Assembly: GCA_021613535.1 (NCBI GenBank)
Contig: CP075496.1
Coordinates: 1,178,001-1,242,000 of the forward strand
From: Adineta vaga
Taxonomy: Eukaryota > Animalia > Rotifera
Length of the DNA: 64,000 bases
Direction: 5' to 3'
Shown here: one piece after another, positions 54,469 to 64,000 of the stretch
Layout: each line of letters opens with the position of its first letter
How positions within the stretch are numbered: the first letter of the stretch is position 1
Notes under the pieces: generated by a model
Seen by the model: only the letters and a program-made list of their open reading frames with translations
The model's database searches: none
What the model was told of the DNA's origin: nothing
Program-made: the position numbers and the translations under genes

Positions 54469-54849
54469 TGAGTTTTTCTCTTTCTAACGAATGATTTATT
54501 TTCTCAGGAGATATTCTTTTATCTAATATTACTTCGAATAATTCTTGGTATGGAAATCTAGAACAAACAATTGCTTCGTCTACAGATATTTTCTTGACCT
54601 TATCGGTCGAAAAATCTTTGTTATATTATTGTTTATCTTCCCGTATGCGCAATATGCTTATAAGGATATTCTTCTTTTGTTTCTTTTCTTTGCCAGATAT
54701 ATTTAATCAAAAAAGCTTTTCTTCTATGACAAGTTTATTTTCTATTTCATTGTGTTAATTCTTTCTTATCATGATTTGTTTGTTTTTTAAAAAACTAATT
54801 AAATCAATTTGTTGAAAGACGTATCAATGTTCCTACATTTCATTTTCAG

Positions 54850-56773
<1,924 letters not shown>

Positions 56774-57145
56774 TCAAAATACAAATAAATTTCTTCCATT
56801 TATTTAAGAACAGTCATTGTTTTTTTTTTGTTGCTTTTGTTCGACAATGAAATAGACCGACAGATTGAATACGTTCAAACCCGTTGTTAACTTTTTTTTA
56901 ATACGAATAAATATGTTCAAATTTTGTACATAGAGAGAATATAAAATATACAAATAAATAAAGCTCGATTCTTTGTTTTTTGTAAAATGCGATAAGAGAA
57001 TTTTTATTGAGATCACATATTCCCACAAGTGTCAAACCAAACGAACTACCGAAATTGGGTTTACAATTTTACGGGAGGGATATTTTCGGATAGAACAGTC
57101 ATTCAATGGTTATAAATAGACTACAGTTCATTTTTTACCTGCATA

Positions 57146-57890
57146 ATGTTTATTTTACAGGGAGGCAAAATTCGTACGGAAGTTATTAATAAGAGAAGGG
57201 TCATCTATAGTATTCTATTGAGTCATCATGCGGCAAATGAATGGCTTGTATCATCAACCGAATTTTTTATTGATGCTTATGATGTCTTTGTTATTAATCT
57301 TATTTCATCTATGCTTGGTTATGTTTATTATCAACATCAAATTAATCTTGTTCCATCGGCTATTCAAGGCGTTTTAAAAGGTATCACTAATGCTGGCAGT
57401 CTTTTTGGTCAAATTCTATTTGGTATATTAGGCAATAGTAAAGGTCGAAAAAGTATTTATGGAATTGAATTATTAGTTATTATTATTGCTTCACTCGGTT
57501 CAGCTATGGCTGGATCAACTGCAACAGGTGTTGGTGCACTTGGCTTTCTTGGATTTTGGTGTTTTCTGTTAGGAATTGGTATTGGTGGTGATTATCCAAT
57601 GTCTGCAACAGTTTCAAGTGAAGGTCATCGTGGATAAATGCTTGCTCTGACATTTTCGATGCAAAGTTCGAGACAATTCTTATGGCTATTTTCAAACATG
57701 CAATTGAATCTGATCAAATAAATATTGATTATGTTTGGCGTATTTTTTGTGCTCTGGGTATTTTATCTGCTATATGTACCATTTATTCTCGATTTCATTT
57801 ACCTGTATCAGCACGTTATTTTCAACAAGTACTTAAGAATATCGAATTAGCCGAACAAAGAAAAACGTATGCATTAGGAAAGGAAAATCT
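57146..57890 (+). pseudogene. Pho84/PHT1-type H+:phosphate symporter (MFS), disrupted and 3'-truncated
   Basis: FFIDAYDVFVIN, GQILFG...GRKSIYGIEL, GIGIGGDYPMSATVSSE; then in-frame TAA at 57635 before MLALTFSMQ, a frameshift to IDYVWRI, and loss of the C-terminal half. Confidence 0.8.
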
Positions 57891-60800
57891 GAATTCAAAT
57901 AATTCTATTTATCAGTTCATAACCTTTTCAGTATTCGACCAGATAGATTTTTGTAGGATAATTCTCACATACTGGTTGACTGACATCGTCTGGCACTTCA
58001 GGGTTTCGAGTAATAATTAATTGCAAAGTGCATATTTCCACTCTTACTCCTACGACCACTTTTCATTTTGATGGATCCTGTTGCGCGGAAATATCGTGTT
58101 AAAGAAATGACATGAATTAGTACTATCTTTATGCGACAAAAAAGTACATATGATATTGAATTACCAAAGAGAATGTTCTGTACGATGATCAATTCAAAAT
58201 TACATTTTGATGAATGTAAATACTTTCAAGTGATTAAAATAACAAAAATCAAAGATATAAAACAATGTAATTATATACGATAGATTATGTTTTTTTTTCT
58301 TCATTATATATAATCGTTGACAAAGCTTGAAAAACTTGACTTTCAAATTCAAAGTTAATGTAATGACATTTATTAGTTATTCTGACGTCTTTCTCAAACA
58401 TTTCTGTGCAACGAATGAAGATCTTTCCGTTAATTGTAGAGCAGCAGGTGATATTCTAGTTATATTTACATATAAGATTCTTTTTCTTCGTCATACATTT
58501 GCTATATTTGTGTATATTCATTTCATTAGTTATATTACAATAATTTGAATTGAATGAATAACAAACGTCAACTTCTGCATCGTCAATTGAATTTTAAATG
58601 TTCTCAAAAAGTTCTCCATTGGAAATAGATGTCTTGTAAGTTTTAGAATATAACCTTTATCTTCATTGTTTTGATTTCATGTGAAAACTGAATGTAAAAC
58701 ATCAAGAATCTCACTTTCTTCTATCTATAGATTTTTTCTTCTTAGTCGTCTCGCGATTCTATGCAGGAACTATATTATTCTTGTAGGAAATTGTTTTTCT
58801 CGCTATAGATCTTTAAAATAGAAACAATTTTAATAAATTAATCAACTAGAAGATTAAAAAAAAAGAACTCATCGGATCAATATGTATTTCGATCAAAACC
58901 TATACTCGATGGTTTTTTTTCCTCGTATAAACAGTTATCTTATTATTACTATCGTTCATGAAAGTTTAAGCGTACTAATTAAATCTTTTGATATGATATT
59001 TATACAAAAATACGAGAATGAATTTTTGTTTAATTTGTATTCAATCAAAAGAGTTCTGTTTTTCAACTCTATATTTAACAAACACTAAGTTCTTCGTAAT
59101 TATTACTCTTTCATTGAAACTCGACTATATTCAGATCAAATATAACTATTGTCTCTAAGTACTTGTGACAGTTAAGAGTATAGAATGCTTGAATTCATCT
59201 GGAAATTTCGCACTTATAGAACGCACAGGAAAAGTAGTATCATGATTAAATTCTAAATGCTTAGATAGACAAAAATCGTCTATATTATTAATAAGTCTCT
59301 CGTGACATAAAAAATTCAAAGTTCAAGTTTATATATTTAAAAATAATTTGAAAGAAAAACTGAAAATATTATCTTTTGTATCTATTCTTTTACCTGGATT
59401 AAGATTGATATGTGTTATGATTGGTTTCACTTCAATGAATCTTTATTGATTAAATCGATTTCTTTTTGCTTCAATCTTGATTGACAAATATTGAAATGAC
59501 ATATAGGCTTTTCAAAAGAATAATTCCGATTATAAAGATAAGTGTTTATTCATTGATAATTAGAAAGAAAATGATCGCTTATCCGGGCTTTTTTTTCTTC
59601 TTATTGTATAAATACAAAGGAGAATCATTTTATGTCAGAATTAGATACTTGAAAGATAAAGATTTCCAGGTAGGTAAATGTAACATCCATTGACGATTAT
59701 GTTTAAACCTTCTTTTCATATTATTCTTTCGTAGAATGATTATCATCATTTGACAGGTCAAAGGACATTCTATATGGAATATAGTTTCGTTTAATTTATA
59801 CGTTCTATTGAATTTAAGAAATTACTTGTTGAATAGAACGATGATCTTCATATTTGGTCGTTCCGATCATTTCTTTTGTATTTATCGAGATAAAAAAGAA
59901 AGAGATTAAGAAATCTTGTTACTTTCGATGATGAAATTCTATTAGAGATATAAAACTATGTTAATTGATGTTGACAAGTGAGAAAAAAGAAGATTGAGAA
60001 ACCTGAGAAATAAATTGATGAACGTCTGAAAACATAAAAAAATCGAACGAAAAATTTCCTCGATTTATAGACATGAATAGGATTAATCATATTTAATATG
60101 GATTCATAAATAAACATCAACAGAACAGAACCCTAATCTTTGAACTATCACGAGAAAGTTCTGTACTCAATGTCATTTCTTTCTTGTAAGTATCATATTA
60201 CTAAGATTTGTTTCTCAATTGCATAAAATCTCCTCATTAGTTTGAATTCGATCAGTTTTTATTTATCAACAAAAGAAAAATTTCATTTGATATTTCAAAC
60301 AAAGCAATTCTATTGTTATTTGATTCTATTAACATCTAATTGACATATGAATACATTTAGTTCTTCGTGATCTGACGATCTATATTTTTCAAATAAACAA
60401 CTGTTCGTCTAGAATTTCATCTATTTCTGTACATTAGTATGATAAACAAAACAATATTGTTTTTTCCTCTTTCGAAATGAATGTATCTCGTCGTCTTCTT
60501 GACATAATTGATTTATAATAGTATCGTAACATTATCAAGACTAGTAGAAACTACTAATAGTCTTGTCAAGAAAAAAAATATATCGTTACGGAATAAATAC
60601 ATCGAAACAAAAGAGTTAGTTTGTATAGATCTAGTTATTAGGATATTTCTTATTTAACATGCATGGATTAATGATAGATTTTACTAATTGAAAATTGTTG
60701 TACAAAGATTTTCTTCTTTCGATAAGTAAAAAAGCTTATTAAATACTATTTTGGTTTCTTAGCCGATCGTCTCTTCAAATAAATTCAATTCTATTTTAAG

Positions 60801-60960
60801 AACGCTAATGTGTTCCTGTAGAACAAATTATGATATAATAGATAGATAAGTAAGCAAAAATCACCGACCATATATTTTCTTGAACTTACTGTTTTAAGTT
60901 GTATAACTTAATAGAAAAAGAAAGAGTAGATTGCTTTTGAGTACATAGAGGAAAATTAAA

Positions 60961-61478
60961 CGGGAAACGGACAGTTGCTCGTCGGACGATTGCTCGCTAG
61001 AATAGTTGCTCACAAAAATCCGTTTCGAGGTAAAGTCATAAATAACACAAAGATGTTCTTAATTGGTAAAAGGTTCTCAGTGAACAAGAAAACAAAAAAC
61101 GTCTACATAGATAATAAACGTAGGATGTATTTTGAGTGAGAGCGTGGATGTCTATCCGTCTTTTTCACTTGAGATCCTCGCTGAGATCCACACCAGAGCT
61201 GAGCATATAATAGAACATACGCCTCGTTCTGCAGGTAAGGGTTTCACTTTTAATCCTGTCTTATCCGCTCCACAAGACGAGTGGGTCAGAGCAGCAGGCA
61301 TAGCAGAATGAAACAGTTTGTCCTATGCTTACCTCGGAGCAACATTCATTCTATAATAATATTTACTTAATTGTCTCACTTTTGTTCTGAATTTTATCAA
61401 TTAAAATTAGATGATTATGGCATCTGTGATCAAACATAATAACGAGCAAATATCCTAGCGAGCAACTGTCCTGAACTT
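60961..61478. mobile_element. Non-autonomous TIR element (MITE-like) with ~15-bp subterminal repeats
   Basis: Left GGACAGTTGCTCG with further TTGCTC repeats; right CGAGCAAATATCCTAGCGAGCAACTGTCC (inverted). Flanking direct AAATTAAA at 60953-60960 and 61479-61486 is a possible TSD. Confidence 0.7.
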
Positions 61479-62715
61479 AAATTAAACATGACAGAAGTTT
61501 GAAATATATCAAATTCTCTTTGGTAAGAAAAAGAGAAAAGTACATTATTATTTTTAGACAGTACGGAATGAAGGATAATATATAGAAGAAATATTCTCAG
61601 TAGTTTCTTCAAAAAAATTTCTGATCTTAAATTACATTAAAACTAAAGTAGGCAAATTGCGTTTCGGCTCGTTCTATAAAGGTGAACAACAGCTATTTTT
61701 TCTTAAGTGATTTTTCTACTCGTTATGCATGTCAATTATATATTACTTAAGATTTTGTTATTTTACTTTCAGTTCAAGTTCTTTATGAAAACTAAACGAG
61801 GAAGTTCAGTATTGTTCTTTATAGATTAGAAAAGATTTTCCTAAGGTTTTCTTTTTCTCATTTGCAAACTATTTAATCAAAAAAACAAGAATTACAATAT
61901 ATGTTTTTCTACTGTTTCTCGTTCTTTTTCTCTCTTGTTAACTATTGTTTATGTCTATACAATCTTCGATTATAATTATTAGGAACAATTCTAAGGGCGA
62001 GTTTTTCTTTTCTCAGATGAAAAGAAAATATATCTTATCAGTTTCTTGTTTATGTTCTACCTGCGTATTTTGTGTACCAACTGTCTGTTTACGTATTTAC
62101 AATGGTTTGATAAAAGAAAATCTGTTACTCTATTTTATAAATCATACTAAAGTCTTCGTAACCATTTATATCAATGAATATACTTTTATCAGGATAAAAA
62201 GAGAACATATGTTGTAGAGAAATAATCACAATGAAAATATGTTTTAGTCAAGTAGAATAAATTGATGATGTCAATTGATTGAAAACAAAGCATTCATCTT
62301 TAGAAGAAAAAAAAAGAATTTTGTTATCTCTGTATCAAATTTCTCTTGAAAGCAAAAACTATATTTGTAAGTAGGCGAATATATCTTCTTTTTTTCTCAT
62401 CTCTGGCATTTAGTAGATGTTGAAAAGAGAAAGAGAGAAAGCAGAAGGAAGAAAATCGATGGATCATCGTTTCTCTCGTTTTCTTTCATGAGAGAAGAGA
62501 AGAGAAGAGAAGAGAAAAAAACTGAAAAACGAGACTACATCGGGCAAAAAAAAAGAAGCAGATGAGAATCTTGTTCGTTGTCTGTTAATAATAATGACGA
62601 TAATGATAATGTTTTCTGTAATAAACTATACCATTGAGACATTTTCGGAGATTATTTTCTTACTGACTGGTCTATATAACAAAGATTCCGTTTTTATTTT
62701 TAGATAAAAAGTTAC

Positions 62716-63708
62716 ATGACACACACATCGATCAATGCTTCTGCTCTAATAAATGGAACAAGCAATAAAATGTCGACGTTAATTGCGATTGAACAATATA
62801 TGTCAATTTATGGTCCGTTTGTTTTAACAACTCTCGGAATAATTGGTAATATTCTTTCAATCTTAATCTTTTTATCACCTAGATATCGTCGTCAATCATC
62901 ACATTTTTATCTTCTCTCACTTGCATTATCTGATCTATGTTTTCTTATTATAAACCTAATTGAAGATACATTTCGTAATCATAATGAATTATATCATTCA
63001 CGTATAAATATTCTTGATCGAAGTTCAACAATAATTTGTATACTCGTTCAATATGCACGAAATACAACACGTTTATTATCATCATGGATTATTGTTGCAT
63101 TTACAATTGAACGTCTTCTCGTGGTATTTTATCCATTAAAACGAGCGATTATTTGTCGAAGAAAGATTGCTCGTTGCGTTGTTCTACTTCTTTTTCTTGC
63201 ATGTATTTTAATTAATTTCAATGTACCATTACATTATGGAATAATTAAAGCTTCTGATCTACCAGACGAAAAAGAAACAATCTGTGATATTATACCGATA
63301 CTTCGTTCGATTTATATGAGATTTGCGATTGGTTCAATGATTGCTGTATATTTAGTACCTATGTGTATAATTACGATTATTAATATGCTTATTTGTTGTA
63401 AATTATGGAGTAAAAGTTTATTAACAGAAAAAGATGAAAACAAAAAATGCTCAAATCGAAAGTAAATTGATTTCGAAATGAATTTTTAATGATTTGTATT
63501 TTTGTTTCTTGTTAGAATTCAATTGAAACATTCTCGTCGTCGATTTTATCTCTCAGATTTTGTATCATGTTTACATCCATCTTCATCTTTCTCTTCCTCA
63601 TCAAATAATTTCAAAGATATTGAACAATTTAACAAATCACATAATTCATCATCAAACCAATATCCATTAAGTCGACCTTTGATACTCAATGAACTAAGCA
63701 CGTCCCAG
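62716..63708 (+). CDS. Class A GPCR, 5' part (TM1-5 plus ICL3); probably continues beyond the window
   Basis: GIIGN, LALSD, FTIERL...YP, YLVPM; exon 2 ends at a GT donor at 63709. Confidence 0.85.
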
Positions 63709-64000
63709 GTAGAATATTTTCTTCAACAATCTAAGATTGTCTAATAATATGTTTCGACATAATAATATATATAAGAATATTCAAATTCTTATTGACAGAA
63801 TTTGCTTTAGGCAATTCATATTTGTAAAGTTGACAGAAAGGAAAATTATCTGCCTTTTCATGATTAGGAAGAACTCAGACGCCTACATTGTCACTTGTTC
63901 TGTTACAAACAAGGTCGATATTCGAAAGAGATACAATTTCTTTTCTTTTTCTTCTTCTTCTTCTTCTCATAAACAAATGAAGAATATTAATGATAGTTTT

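Noticed and set aside
59923-60010. Intergenic C/D-like motif pair
   Set aside because: Only a 4-bp AT-rich stem and no recognisable antisense element; chance is likely.
61187-61194. Telomerase template-like CCACACC
   Set aside because: Only 7 nt, no pseudoknot seen, and it lies inside a TIR element.
58100-62700. Short 60-90 aa ORFs in the AT-rich intergenic region
   Set aside because: Low-complexity F/I/K/Y composition, no motifs and no consistent exon structure.

Overview
AT-rich eukaryotic genomic DNA with compact genes and many ~45-60 nt GT-AG introns. The gene content (TPR/ART-like protein, FxIY-type GPCRs, foreign-looking genes) suggests a bdelloid rotifer; this is an inference. About 21 protein-coding genes could be spliced by hand: calmodulin-like, Galpha-q, RPS15, two class A GPCRs, ATP5MK/DAPIT, LKAAEAR1, a DysF-type ferlin, FAAH2, a TPR/ART-like protein, UBE2M, NOL9, ERICH3 with PLAT-like segments, a His-rich repeat membrane protein, two 4-TM proteins, a DHCR24-like oxidoreductase, a Cys-rich secreted protein, an MCPH1-like BRCT protein, a LicD protein, an MBOAT wax-synthase-like protein, a Src-family kinase and NDR kinase. 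There are also two foreign-looking pseudogenes and a MITE-like element. The most notable layer, invisible to the ORF track, is non-coding RNA: (i) a box C/D RNA in the last Galpha-q intron with two antisense elements to U6 snRNA (predicted Am70 and Cm63); (ii) two tandem C/D snoRNAs (U18-like and U55+U18-like) between convergent genes; (iii) a C/D snoRNA in a NOL9 intron; (iv) a ~300-nt multi-hairpin RNA candidate in a ferlin intron. Homology and target calls rely on remembered reference sequences, not on searches.
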